64,000 nt of DNA. Source: Candidatus Oxydemutatoraceae bacterium (GTDB lineage: Bacteria; Pseudomonadota; Gammaproteobacteria; Poriferisulfidales; Oxydemutatoraceae). The notes beneath the pieces are model-generated. The model did no database searches, had not been told where the DNA came from, and worked only from the letters and a program-made list of their open reading frames with translations. Location of the stretch: positions 160,001 through 224,000 of the forward strand of contig CBDCOZ010000003.1 of assembly GCA_965220085.1 (NCBI GenBank), in the 5' to 3' direction. Position 1 is the stretch's first letter. Every line of letters begins with the position of its first letter. This document shows positions 30,862-40,992 of this stretch, piece by piece. A program made the translations under genes and the position numbers.

Positions 30862-31821
30862 ATGAAAAAAATTTCTGCGCTTATAGCGGCTCTTTTTGTT
30901 GCGCTTGTTGCGCAAACCGCACAAGCAGAAAACTGTGATTTTCGCTTTATGTGCTCTGCAAAGCATTTTGCAAAGGAGGCCGCAAACTTTGTTATGGAAC
31001 ACGGAGGAATCAGTCTTCTGGAAGCGCTGTCCGGCACGTCAAAAGGCGCTTACTTTTGCGGAGGAGAGGGAGAGCCTCCGAAGGGTTGCAGTCTTGATGA
31101 GGCGTTAGAGTATTACAAAGCCAGCACAGAGGATGCTGCTTTTTTAGAAGAGTTTGTCGGTCAATTGGAAACTCAAAAAAAAGACGGAGTAAGTTATGCC
31201 GCCACAGGTTTTATTGTAAGAACGGAAACTTGCGCCGGAAACAATCTTATTTTTACGAACTCTCATGCTTTCTTTAACCGCAAAACAGGGGAGCTTGTCG
31301 CAAAAAATTCAAAGTTCTGTCTCAAAGGAACATGTTATGAGTTGGATCTTGATGCCATTTCTAAAATGGAAAAACAGGGGCTACTTGGCAGAAAACAGAT
31401 AACCCGTAACAAAGAAAGAGCCTTTGACTATATTGTTCTTCCTATTAAAGGCAAAAAAAGGCCTGCCCCTCAAAGGGTGGCAACGCTTATTCCTTTTGAA
31501 AAATCTAATCATTGGAATGTGGGCATACGGTTTGCAGGGTATCATGTTGATAATAAAAAAATCTATTCCCTTCGGCAGTGCAAGATTAAACATATCATGG
31601 CTGAAAATCCTCTTGCTCTTTTTCATAATTGCCCGGGTCAAGGGGGTTCTTCAGGCGCTCCTCTTATAAACTCTGACAATGAAGTTGTGGCGTTTCATGC
31701 TTCCGGAAAGGGGAAGAACGGACAAGCCTATGACCCGCATAATGACAGCTTTAATATGGGCGGCGCTATTTCACAAGAGTTCATTGATAATTTAAACCGG
31801 TATTGCTTTGACTCAAATTGA
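30862..31821 (+). CDS. Secreted trypsin-like serine protease, paralog 2 (long form)
   Basis: TNSH, FDY, GSSGAP; tandem duplicate of paralog 1. Confidence 0.85.
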   Translation: MKKISALIAALFVALVAQTAQAENCDFRFMCSAKHFAKEAANFVMEHGGISLLEALSGTSKGAYFCGGEGEPPKGCSLDEALEYYKASTEDAAFLEEFVGQLETQKKDGVSYAATGFIVRTETCAGNNLIFTNSHAFFNRKTGELVAKNSKFCLKGTCYELDLDAISKMEKQGLLGRKQITRNKERAFDYIVLPIKGKKRPAPQRVATLIPFEKSNHWNVGIRFAGYHVDNKKIYSLRQCKIKHIMAENPLALFHNCPGQGGSSGAPLINSDNEVVAFHASGKGKNGQAYDPHNDSFNMGGAISQEFIDNLNRYCFDSN

Positions 31822-32029
31822 TACGGTTCTAAAAACTCAAGTCTTATGCTTTTTCAGCCGACAGAGCTTTGGTCGCAGGACTCATAGTTGCCTCCTTTGC
31901 GGCGGAAGCAACTATTTCATGGAGACCTCTGATGCCGTAGCTGATGTGTTGATATTGCATGTCGGCTTTTGTTGAAGCCAAGAATCCAGAATGTTTCCGG
32001 CATCATTCACCCGATTGAGAAAACTGCCA

Positions 32030-32237
32030 GCACTGGTCAAGCAAGCGATTGGCGCTATCGCCATTGCGGATGTGTTGCAATGGATGCCGGACTTGCCCAA
32101 GACGCGCTCGGGCAAAATCATGCGGCGGATTCTGCGCAAGATTGCGTACGGTGAGACCGATGCAATCGGCAACACCTCGACACTCGCAGACCCACCGTCG
32201 TTGAGGCAATCATCAAAGACAAAGCCGACTAGCTTGG
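32030..32237 (+). pseudogene. Duplicated acs 3' end
   Basis: [43 protein letters not shown]..., 1-bp deletion near the end. Confidence 0.9.
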
Positions 32238-33575
32238 ACAACGTTTGCCCTCTCCATACCATTCATTAAGGTATTTTAAAGGGACCTCCGTATCCCAATA
32301 TTCAATTATCACATCGGCCATTTTTTCAGATAATGTTCCACAGCGGGCATTATAAATAGAAGCTTCTTTATTTCGACGCGAATCAAGTCGGCCTTCAATC
32401 TTTGACTTTATCTTACCGGGCACCCCATCGGGTAGTTCAGAGATAATCTCCATAATCTCCTCAATATGCCCTGGTTTTAACTCTCCAAAATTGCAACCAT
32501 CTAGACTTGATCGCTTATTAGTGCGTTCCTTTATTCTTGCCTTACCATCATCGTTGCTAGTGTCCTGTGATGAACAAGATGCGCCTTGTAATTGGGCCTT
32601 AGAGAGATTTGCGCCTTGTGATTGGGCGTAAGAGAGATTTGCCCCTTGTAATTGGGCGTAAGAGAGATTTGCGCCTTGTAATTGGGCGGAATCGAGATTT
32701 GCCCCTTGTAATTGGGCGCCAAGGAGATCTGCACCTTGTAATTTTGCCCCATGGAGATCTGCTTCGTTCAGGTGGGCCTGTTGAAAGTCGGCACACCTAA
32801 ATGAGCGGCTATTATATGTCTGATTTGCTAACTGAAGCTGAGGCACGCTAATTATTCCTGGCGTAAATATTCCTGCAATCGGTTTAAAAATTCCTTCATC
32901 TGCATAAGCAGTACAGTCTCCCTGATTTATTTGGTAATAGTTGAATCCTGCGAATACAACAAGCACCGTTTGCAATAACACAAATATCCATGTGACTTTG
33001 TCCTTCCAGAAGGAATACGGTAAATCGTAATAGCGTGTTGTAATGAGAGGCAGGGGTATAAGAATACCGTTCCATAACACAAACCCGAAATTTTGGTAGT
33101 CAATAATCCTGACAAACAAGAAAAGGATAGTTAGCATTGGCAGTATAATCAGTGTGAATGCGCTAAACCGTTGAGCAAACCACTTTCCTCTCCCTTCCGA
33201 AAGCATTACGGAAAAGTCAAAAACAAAAGGTGCCGATGGCATCGCTTTCCTATTTCTTTGTCGTTCCCACTCAAGTTTCTTTTTGTGTTGATTCAAGTTG
33301 AAGCATAAATATAGCTGTAGTCCGATAAGTATCAGAGCGCCAAGCGTATAAAAAACTAAAAATGGGATTGTGGTGCCAGCAAATGGGATAGTGATACCGT
33401 TGCCAGTTAAATCTAACAAATCCGCATCCGATGTGGATAGGGTTGCGAACATGATAAAAAGACAAAGCCCGATAAAGGACATGTAGAGGTGTCTGTTAGT
33501 GGCTACAGATGCATTTAGAGCCTCTGTGAGCTCATAAGGTGGTGTGCTTGAGGTTTGCATTTTTGTGGATATCAA
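32229..33575 (-). CDS. Membrane-anchored pentapeptide-repeat protein
   Basis: N-terminal TM helices; AQLQGANLS repeats. Confidence 0.88.
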   Translation of the reverse strand: MISTKMQTSSTPPYELTEALNASVATNRHLYMSFIGLCLFIMFATLSTSDADLLDLTGNGITIPFAGTTIPFLVFYTLGALILIGLQLYLCFNLNQHKKKLEWERQRNRKAMPSAPFVFDFSVMLSEGRGKWFAQRFSAFTLIILPMLTILFLFVRIIDYQNFGFVLWNGILIPLPLITTRYYDLPYSFWKDKVTWIFVLLQTVLVVFAGFNYYQINQGDCTAYADEGIFKPIAGIFTPGIISVPQLQLANQTYNSRSFRCADFQQAHLNEADLHGAKLQGADLLGAQLQGANLDSAQLQGANLSYAQLQGANLSYAQSQGANLSKAQLQGASCSSQDTSNDDGKARIKERTNKRSSLDGCNFGELKPGHIEEIMEIISELPDGVPGKIKSKIEGRLDSRRNKEASIYNARCGTLSEKMADVIIEYWDTEVPLKYLNEWYGEGKRCPS

Positions 33576-33869
33576 AATGTATGCTCATCTATATTGGTAA
33601 ATGCCATAGCCTAGCAGGCTCATGTCCATTTAATCATATCCTAAATAATGAGGTTTATAACTTTGGATTGCGCCCGCACAATAGGCAACTACAAAGGCAT
33701 AACTAGCAATATATTGGCCTATATATGACTCTGTATCCTGAGGATAATAAAGAAATCTTTCGTTTTCCTAAGCACAGTTTGCACAGGTTATAACGCTTAT
33801 TATAATTCCGAAAAGGGAGAGAGTGTATGATACCATGACACAATATTTGCCCCATGTGTCCAATATGCC

Positions 33870-34736
33870 ATGGCATCATACAGTCACTTGAAAAAAACAT
33901 TTTTAACCCTGCTCTTGCTGGGGGTATCGCCACTATTGTCGGCTGCTTACTTTTGCGGAGGCGAAGGAGAGCCTCCGGCGGGTTGTGGCTTGGAGGACGC
34001 TTTGAGGCACTACAAAGCCAGCCCGGAAAATGCTGATTTTTTAGGTGAGTCTGTTGGTCTTGTAAGGACTAGAAGAACAGACGGGGAAAATTATGGCGCT
34101 ACGGGTTTTATCGTAAGAACAGAAAATTGCACTGGGAACGATCTTATTTTTACAAATGCTCATAGCTTCTTTGATTGTAAAACGGGGAAGCTTTATGCGA
34201 AGAGCTCAAAGTTTTGTCTTAATGGAAAATGTTATAAGTTGGATCTTGATGCCATCCCCACAATGGACAGAAAGGGAATGCTTGGTGCAAAAAAGTTGAC
34301 TTCTAAGGAAAGATCTTTGGACTATATCGTCGTTCCTATCAAAGGCAAAAAAAGACCCGCTCCTAAAGCGGTGGCAACGCTTGCTGATTTTCACAATGCC
34401 TATAACTTTAATAAGCCTATGATGTTCGCAGGGTATCACATTGACAAGAAAGATGTTTACTTTGTTCAGGGATGTAAGATCACCCATAACCTTGAAGAGA
34501 ATCTTGATGCCATTTTTCATAATTGCCCAGGTAAGGTAGGTTTTTCCGGAGGGCCTCTTATAAACAGGAGAATTATTCACGGCCGTGAACATCATAAAAT
34601 TGTGGCGTTTCATGCTAGTGATGGAAAGGGAAAGAATGGACAGCCCTACAACCCATATGATAAGAGATTCAATAGAGGCGGTGCCATTTCACAAGATCTC
34701 ATTGATAATCTAAACTCATATTGCTCTGAGGGCTAA
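33870..34736 (+). CDS. Secreted trypsin-like serine protease, paralog 3 (short form; start may be TTG 33888)
   Basis: TNAH, LDY, GFSGGP; lacks the ENCDFRFM...SKG segment. Confidence 0.82.
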   Translation: MASYSHLKKTFLTLLLLGVSPLLSAAYFCGGEGEPPAGCGLEDALRHYKASPENADFLGESVGLVRTRRTDGENYGATGFIVRTENCTGNDLIFTNAHSFFDCKTGKLYAKSSKFCLNGKCYKLDLDAIPTMDRKGMLGAKKLTSKERSLDYIVVPIKGKKRPAPKAVATLADFHNAYNFNKPMMFAGYHIDKKDVYFVQGCKITHNLEENLDAIFHNCPGKVGFSGGPLINRRIIHGREHHKIVAFHASDGKGKNGQPYNPYDKRFNRGGAISQDLIDNLNSYCSEG

Positions 34737-34840
34737 AGCGCAAAAATTAAAATTTCTGCCTGGGCCGGAGGACATGTTTCTTGGATGGCTTCAAGCGCAG
34801 GATTGTATAAGCAGGCGCACAGCAGAAGTAAGCCGCTGTT

Positions 34841-35120
34841 TGATGCCATGACGTATCGGACACATGGGCAAATGTTGTGTCATGGCGCTTGAAGCCTCAG
34901 TCTGTAGTGTGGTCGTTGGGTATCAAGCCATACCAGACACTTTATCCGACGATTATGGAATGTCCGCCACATTCGGCCCGCAACAAACCCTCTTCAAATT
35001 CCACAAACTCTTCCCGAAGGGCGCGGTCAAAGCGTTCATTGAACGCATTCATCATTCAAGCGAGGGCGGATTTCGGCGCGGACATTCTTGTCTTTCCGAA
35101 AAGACGATTCGTAATGTTTG
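34841..35120 (+). mobile_element. MITE-like relic: left end plus decayed IS1595-type transposase N-terminus
   Basis: TGATGCCATGAC.. end, then MSATFGPQQTLFKFHKLFPKGAVKAFIERI; homologous to 56107-56350 and 61130-61360. Confidence 0.55.
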
Positions 35121-35264
35121 AAAGAAAAGTGTTCATGTTCCGGTGGCACCCTTCACGAGCAATCATATGTGTGTTCCTCCTGCGGGGAATTCGTCATCGC
35201 CTCTGCAGACGATGTATTTTTGCATCACTCCGACATCATCGCAAATCCGGTTGAGAAAACTGCC

Positions 35265-35474
35265 GGCGTTGGTCAAGCAAGCGATTGGCGCTATCGCCAT
35301 TGCGGATGTGTCGCAATGGATGCCGGACTTGCCCAAGACGCGCTCGGGCAAAATCATGCGGCGGATTCTGTGCAAGATCGCGTACGGTGAGACCGATGAG
35401 ATCGGCGATACCTCAACACTCGCCGACCGCACCGTCGTTGAAGCAATCATCAAAGGCAAAGCCGACTAGCTTGG
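35265..35474 (+). pseudogene. Duplicated acs 3' end, in frame to the stop
   Basis: ...[45 protein letters not shown]. Confidence 0.9.
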
Positions 35475-37212
35475 TGGACAAGGGTTGCCCTCTTTTTTAT
35501 ACCATTTATTAAGGTATTCTGAAGGGACCTCCGTATCCCAATACTGAATTATCACATTGGCCATTTCTTTAGATAATGTTCCACAGCGGGCATATCCAAT
35601 AGAAGCTTTTTCATTTTGATGCAAATTAAGTTGGTCTTCAATCTTTGACTTTATCTCATCAGGCACCCCATCGGGTAGTTCAGAGATAATCTCCTCAATA
35701 TGTTTTGGTTTTAACTCTCCAAAATCGCAACCATATAGACTTGATGGTTTATCAATGCGCTCCCTTATTCTTGCTTTACCATCATTGTAGATAGTGCGCT
35801 CCCATGAGATAGTGCGCTCCCATGAACAAGATGCGCCTTGTAATTGGGCCCAAGCAAGACTTACACCTTGTAATTGGGCGTCATAGAGGTTTGCGCCTTG
35901 TAATTGGGCGTCATAGAGCTCTGCGCCTTGTAATCTGGCCCCATGGAGATTTGCGCCTTGTAATTGGGCTTCATAGAGAGCTGAGCCTTGTAGTTTGGCC
36001 TTAGAGAGATCTGCGCCTTGTAATTGGACGGTAAAGAGAGCTGAGCCTTGCAATTGGGCGTCAGAGAAATCTGCGCCTTGTGATTGGGCGTCAGAGAAAT
36101 CTGCGCCTTGTAATTGGGCGTTAGAGAAATCTGCGCCTTGTGATTGGGCGTTAGAGAAATCTGCGCCTTGTAATTGGGCGTTAGAGAAATCTGCGCCTTG
36201 TGATTGGGCGTTAGAGAAATCTGCGCCTTGTAATTGGGCATCAGAGAGCTTTGCGCCTTGCAATTGGGCATCTTCTAATTTGGCCTTAGAGAGCTTTGCG
36301 CCTTGTAATTGGGCACCTTCTAATTTGGCCTTAGAGAGATTTGCTTTGTTCAGGTGAGCCTGTTGAAAGTTGGCACACCTAAATGAGCGGCCATTATATG
36401 CCTGATTTCTGCTGGCTTTATCCTCTGCTAACTGAGGCACGCTAATTATTCCTGGCGTAAACATTCCTTTTACCCTTGGTATAACAGTTTCTTTTATCCT
36501 TGGTATAACAGTTTCTTTTGTCCTTGGTACAGATGCAGAAGTTTCTTCAGGTGCATACGCAGAACAATCTCCCTGATAGATTGGGAGGTAGAAGGATATT
36601 GAGAGTGCAGGAAGTATAATAACTGGCGGTAATATAAAAAATATCCATGCGAATATGTCCTTCCAAAAAGAATACAGCAACTTGTGATAGCGGTATGCAG
36701 TATACAGAGAGAATACAAAAAAGGCACCGTTCCATGACACAAGCCAGGGCCCCTTGATAATCGATAATCCTGATAAGCAAAAAAAGGATAGTCAGCATTG
36801 GCAATGTTAATAATATGAATGCGTTAAATCGTTGGGCAGATAGCCTTTCTTTCCCTTCCGGAAGTATTATGGAAAAGTCAAAAACAAAAGGTATTGATGG
36901 TTCCCTCCCATTCTTTTCCAGCTTTTCTTTGTGTTGGTTCAAGTGGAAGCATAAATATCGTTGTAATGTGATGAGTATCGGAGCAACAAGCGTATAAAGA
37001 ACTAAAAATGGGATTGTAGTACCGGCAAATGGGATAGTGATACCGTTGCCAACCAAATCTAACAAATCCGCATCTGATGTGGATAGGGTTGCGGTCATAG
37101 TAAGAAGACAAATCCCGACGAAGAGTATATAGAGGCGTCTGTTAGTAGTTATAGATCCTCTTAGAGTCTCTGCGGAATCATCAGATGGTGTGTGCGGTTT
37201 TGTGGACATCAA
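35466..37212 (-). pseudogene. Second pentapeptide-repeat membrane protein, frameshifted near 36750, with expanded repeats
   Basis: ORFs 36547-37212 and 35466-36740 together align to 32229-33575; near-perfect 30-bp DNA repeats at ~35840-36340. Confidence 0.85.
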
Positions 37213-37422
37213 AATGTATGCTCATCTATATTGGTAAATGCCATAGCCTAGTAGGCTCACGTTCATTTAATAATACCCTAAATAATGAGGTCTATGATTA
37301 TGGGATTGCGCCCATGCAACAGCAACTACAGGGGTATAACTAGCAACACATTGGCCTGTATATAATTCTGTATACTGAGGACAATAGAGTGTTTGCAAGA
37401 GGGGGCATTAAGCAGCCGTTAG

Positions 37423-39198
37423 CTACTCTGCATCATCATCGGAGGTTGTTCCAAGGATTGATGTAAATTGTCTTTTGAGGGTTTCCCGGCGCACACTGAC
37501 AAAATCCAGAAAATCTTTGAACTCTAGCGATTGGCCCGGGCTAATGTAATGCTGTTCTAAATACCGGTCTCTTCCCGCTTTGTCAGGAAATTTGCTGTTT
37601 AGCCATTCTTTGAAGGGTTTGTCACGCTTCTCTATATTGTCCGTTCCCTCCAGCAACTGCAGATTGGCAATGCCATTTGCTTTCGCAGTAAACTCCTCAA
37701 TTTGCTGCTCTGAGCATACCGCGGTTCTCATAGAGCGTTTATTGAATTTGGACTTTGGATGAATGTGGTCTTGATGATATTTGAAATTATAGTTCAGCGC
37801 GGGGTATATAAGAGTGAGCGCACAGTATGTCTTGGCCTTGCCATATTGGAGATCGAGCAGATTATCAATCTCATCGCTGCCAAACGAAATAGATTTGGGT
37901 CCGCCCCTGTAGAAGGCGATAGCCTCTTTGAGCGGGAAATGACCAAGGTTGTCATTAACCAACTCACGCATGCGCGGATAGATGGTGTCAGGCTGACCGC
38001 CGAATATTCCTTTTAATAAGGCTCGCGCCAGCCATTCCTTGATGGCTTTTCTGTCATTCTCCAGGCTTCCCGATTGCAGTATCCGGTCTGCGCAATCATT
38101 TTTGTATATAAAGTAGGCAATGGGTATGATGGCGTTTGTGGCTATCAGATTTTCCGCGCTGTAACCAAGTTTTGCCACCAACTCGATAGCGGATCTCAAC
38201 GCCGAAGAAGTTTTCTCCCAAGCCTTTTCAATAATCCTCATGTTTTCCTTATTAAAATTATCGACCTTGAACTTCACATCGGGGAAGTCTGCCAAAACGA
38301 GGCAATTCTTGAGGACGAGGTCTTTGTTAAAAGCGAATCCATCCCCGATATTATTGATGTCATCGACAAACTCATGGATGACCTCTCGCGCATCTCTTTC
38401 GTCCCACTGCGCGGTAGCAATCGAGAGAAGCAAATCGGAATAACTGAGCGTAGTGCCGCCGCTATTGATGCGAATGAATATCTGGAGAACCTTATCCAGC
38501 TCTTCGGATTCTTCAAGATAGGAGCTTATCGTCCCTTTCTGATGGATGGTGTTGAAGAAAGAGTGGAGCGTATTAATGGCATATTCAGATTGCTGTTTAG
38601 TATGGACTGATGTGTCCATCAGTTGGTTCTTCATTAAGTATAGAGACACTTCGTTGATATCCTTGAAGTTCATGATTTCATTACAAGGGAACCAGTGGAA
38701 GTCTTCATTGCGCTTTGATACATCTTCGTCCGTCAGGAAACGGAAGTCGTATTCGGATTCCAACTCATCCGATGGCTTCAATAGGTTCAGATACAGTTTG
38801 CGTTCGGGGTAAGCCTTCGGGTTTTTGCGGGCCATGCGTGGTTTTTTGCAGGCGTAGCTCCCTGTTAGCGCCAAATAAAGCGATGTCATGCGTTGCTGAC
38901 CGTCTAGTATGGCGGTAATATCTTCGTCACCCGCAAGGTTCGCTTTTTGATTATGCCTGCAGTCTTTCTCATGGTATTTTTTCAGGAACTCATAAAACTG
39001 AAAATCTTTGATTTTGTCTTTATCGACTTTCCAGAATAAGAAAGTGCCAATAGGGTAATGGCGCATGAGCGAATCAAACAGTGTCTCAATTTGGTTTGTG
39101 CTCCATACGAACTCACGCTGAATAGAGGGCAACACATAGTGCTGTTTTCTTATTTCCTGAATAACTTCTTTGATTGTTTTTGCGGTTTGATACGACAT
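37423..39198 (-). CDS. GmrSD-like (DUF262 + DUF1524/HNH) modification-dependent nuclease
   Basis: LPSIQREFVW, YPIGTFLFW, LDGQQR, FIRINSGG, DHIHP, NLQLL. Confidence 0.9.
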   Translation of the reverse strand: MSYQTAKTIKEVIQEIRKQHYVLPSIQREFVWSTNQIETLFDSLMRHYPIGTFLFWKVDKDKIKDFQFYEFLKKYHEKDCRHNQKANLAGDEDITAILDGQQRMTSLYLALTGSYACKKPRMARKNPKAYPERKLYLNLLKPSDELESEYDFRFLTDEDVSKRNEDFHWFPCNEIMNFKDINEVSLYLMKNQLMDTSVHTKQQSEYAINTLHSFFNTIHQKGTISSYLEESEELDKVLQIFIRINSGGTTLSYSDLLLSIATAQWDERDAREVIHEFVDDINNIGDGFAFNKDLVLKNCLVLADFPDVKFKVDNFNKENMRIIEKAWEKTSSALRSAIELVAKLGYSAENLIATNAIIPIAYFIYKNDCADRILQSGSLENDRKAIKEWLARALLKGIFGGQPDTIYPRMRELVNDNLGHFPLKEAIAFYRGGPKSISFGSDEIDNLLDLQYGKAKTYCALTLIYPALNYNFKYHQDHIHPKSKFNKRSMRTAVCSEQQIEEFTAKANGIANLQLLEGTDNIEKRDKPFKEWLNSKFPDKAGRDRYLEQHYISPGQSLEFKDFLDFVSVRRETLKRQFTSILGTTSDDDAE

Positions 39199-39289
39199 GC
39201 TGTCCTCACTATAATTCTGCGTTATCTATATGATCAAGTCCCACATCCAATAACATCCTGCCTTTAAGGGCTACGAGGGATTTTTGGAA

Positions 39290-39384
39290 TTAGAGACGCC
39301 GCCCGGAGGCGGCATCGGGCCGAGGATACTATCCTCGGGGTGGTGAATATTTGGCAGTCTACCGCCATCCGGAATAGGTGTCAA
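39290..39384 (-). ncRNA. Second copy of the promoter (TTGACA-N17-TAGACT) + small RNA unit
   Basis: Identical core TCGGGCCGAGGATACTATCCTCGGGGTGGT; terminator stem with a compensatory change; -10 at 39356-39361, -35 at 39379-39384. Confidence 0.6.
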
Positions 39385-39646
39385 GTTTCCGGATGTTGCC
39401 ATGAACCCAGAGGGTCTCTGGCATTATTCAATCTATGAGTCATTAAGACCAAACAGAAACTTGAAGTCTTTGCATTTAAGAGACCGCACTACGGGCTGAA
39501 GCCACAAGCATCAATGACACAGCGCAACATTTGCCCCATATGCTCAACACATGTTGGCATCATGCAATCTTGAGGAGACTAAAAAAGTCTTTCGTTTTCT
39601 TGAGCACAGCTTGCATAAGTTATAATTCCGAGAAAAGGAGAGAGCG

Positions 39647-39871
39647 ATGACTCAGTTAAAGGTAACGACCGTTGGCAATTCGATTGGCGTGGTGCTTCCA
39701 AAAGAGGCGCTGGTCAAGTTGCGCGTTAGAAAAGGCGATACGCTTTATGCCGTTGAAACTTCCAATGGCATTGAATTAAGCGCATGCAATCCGGAAATTG
39801 CCGGACAGATGGACGCGGCAGAAACCATCATGCGCGACAACCGCGATGCGCTGAAAAAACTGGCTGAGTAA
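39647..39871 (+). CDS. AbrB/MazE/SpoVT-family antitoxin (orphan)
   Basis: LKVTTVGNSIGVVLPKE...RDALKKLAE; no intact toxin follows. Confidence 0.88.
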   Translation: MTQLKVTTVGNSIGVVLPKEALVKLRVRKGDTLYAVETSNGIELSACNPEIAGQMDAAETIMRDNRDALKKLAE

Positions 39872-39879
39872 TGACCAAA

Positions 39880-40231
39880 CCTGACTTGGGACACCGAAGC
39901 GTTGGCAACTTGGATTGCATCGCGCTGTTAGTTTGAGGCAAGTGCTAACCCCTTGCAATCGGCAGGGGCGATTGCTCGGGCGCAACGGATGGCAGATGGC
40001 ATCGGCCAAACCCAAGCGGGATATTCTCCCGCAGGAATCACCCAAGCATCAAAACCGGCAAGCCTGACTTGGGACACCGAAGCGTTGGCAACTTGGATTG
40101 CATCGCGCTGTTAGTTTGAGGCAAGCGCTAATCCTCTGCCATCGGCAGGGGCGTTTGCTCGGGCGCAACGGATGGCAGATGGCATCGGCCAAACCCAAGC
40201 GGGATATTCTCCCGCGGGAATCACCCAAGCA
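39880..40231 (+). repeat. Two tandem 183-bp units containing a degenerate fic 5' fragment and the extreme 3' end of the alkB-like gene
   Basis: Units start at 39880 and 40063; CCTGACTTGGGACACCGAAGCG...ATCGGCAGGGGCG.TTGCTCGGGCGCA matches 42453-42545. Confidence 0.88.
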
Positions 40232-40860
40232 AAACGATTCTGAAAGTCAGAGAAACGCGGCGGGCGCGTCTTATTTCCTTGCCATTTTGTTTGTCTGATC
40301 GGCGTGTCGCGATTCCGTGCCGCCATTTTGTCCGGCCTTCGCCGGCGTAGACCATCAGGCTGCGGCGCAGAACGGCGACATCAAAGTTTTTCTTGTCGCT
40401 GTCATCCGGCGCGTGCAAGCGCAACAAACAATCGCCGCCAAGCGACACCGCCGCAACACGGTCGCCAAAGCAATCGCGGTCAATATGCGGCGCGATGCCC
40501 TGTCCCGGTTCGTACTCATTGACAATCAACTGGTCGGGCATGGCCTCCAAATAGTTTTCGTCTTGCAGCCGCTTGGCAAGCGACATCACCCAATGCGGCA
40601 ACGGCGCGATGCGGTCGTTTTCAGAAATCGCGCGCTTTTTATAATCATACCGGAAGCCATAGTGTTGCACGCGCCGGCGCAAATCGGTCAGCCACGGCGG
40701 CATCAATTTCTTGCAAGAGATTTTCTTCTTCCTGCGGCGATACGAAGTCGGGCTCATAGATGATGCCGATGCTTTCCAACCGCCTGTTTTTGTTTGCATC
40801 AACAACAAGGTTCTCAGCCGACAACTCATTGCCAATGGATAAATTTCGTTGCTCAAGCAT
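40221..40860 (-). pseudogene. AlkB-family 2OG-Fe(II) dioxygenase, frameshifted near 40697
   Basis: IIYEPDFVSPQEEENLLQEIDA in one frame; WLTDLRRRVQHYG...VNEYEPGQGIAPHID...WRHGI...RVSLTFR in another. Confidence 0.82.
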
Positions 40861-40992
40861 TTCTTTTCCCCGTAACTTTTTCCATTTGGCTTAGTTTGGC
40901 GGCCACCCGCTGACAATCTTCCAAACCGCTAACAGTGTAACGCATTTTGTCATCTTGTCCCGATTTGTCCGCTGTCCGCAGCGCTTCCCGAA

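Noticed and set aside
31991-35469. acs-like small ORFs as independent genes
   Set aside because: Only the last ~65 codons, fused to unrelated sequence; treated as repeats
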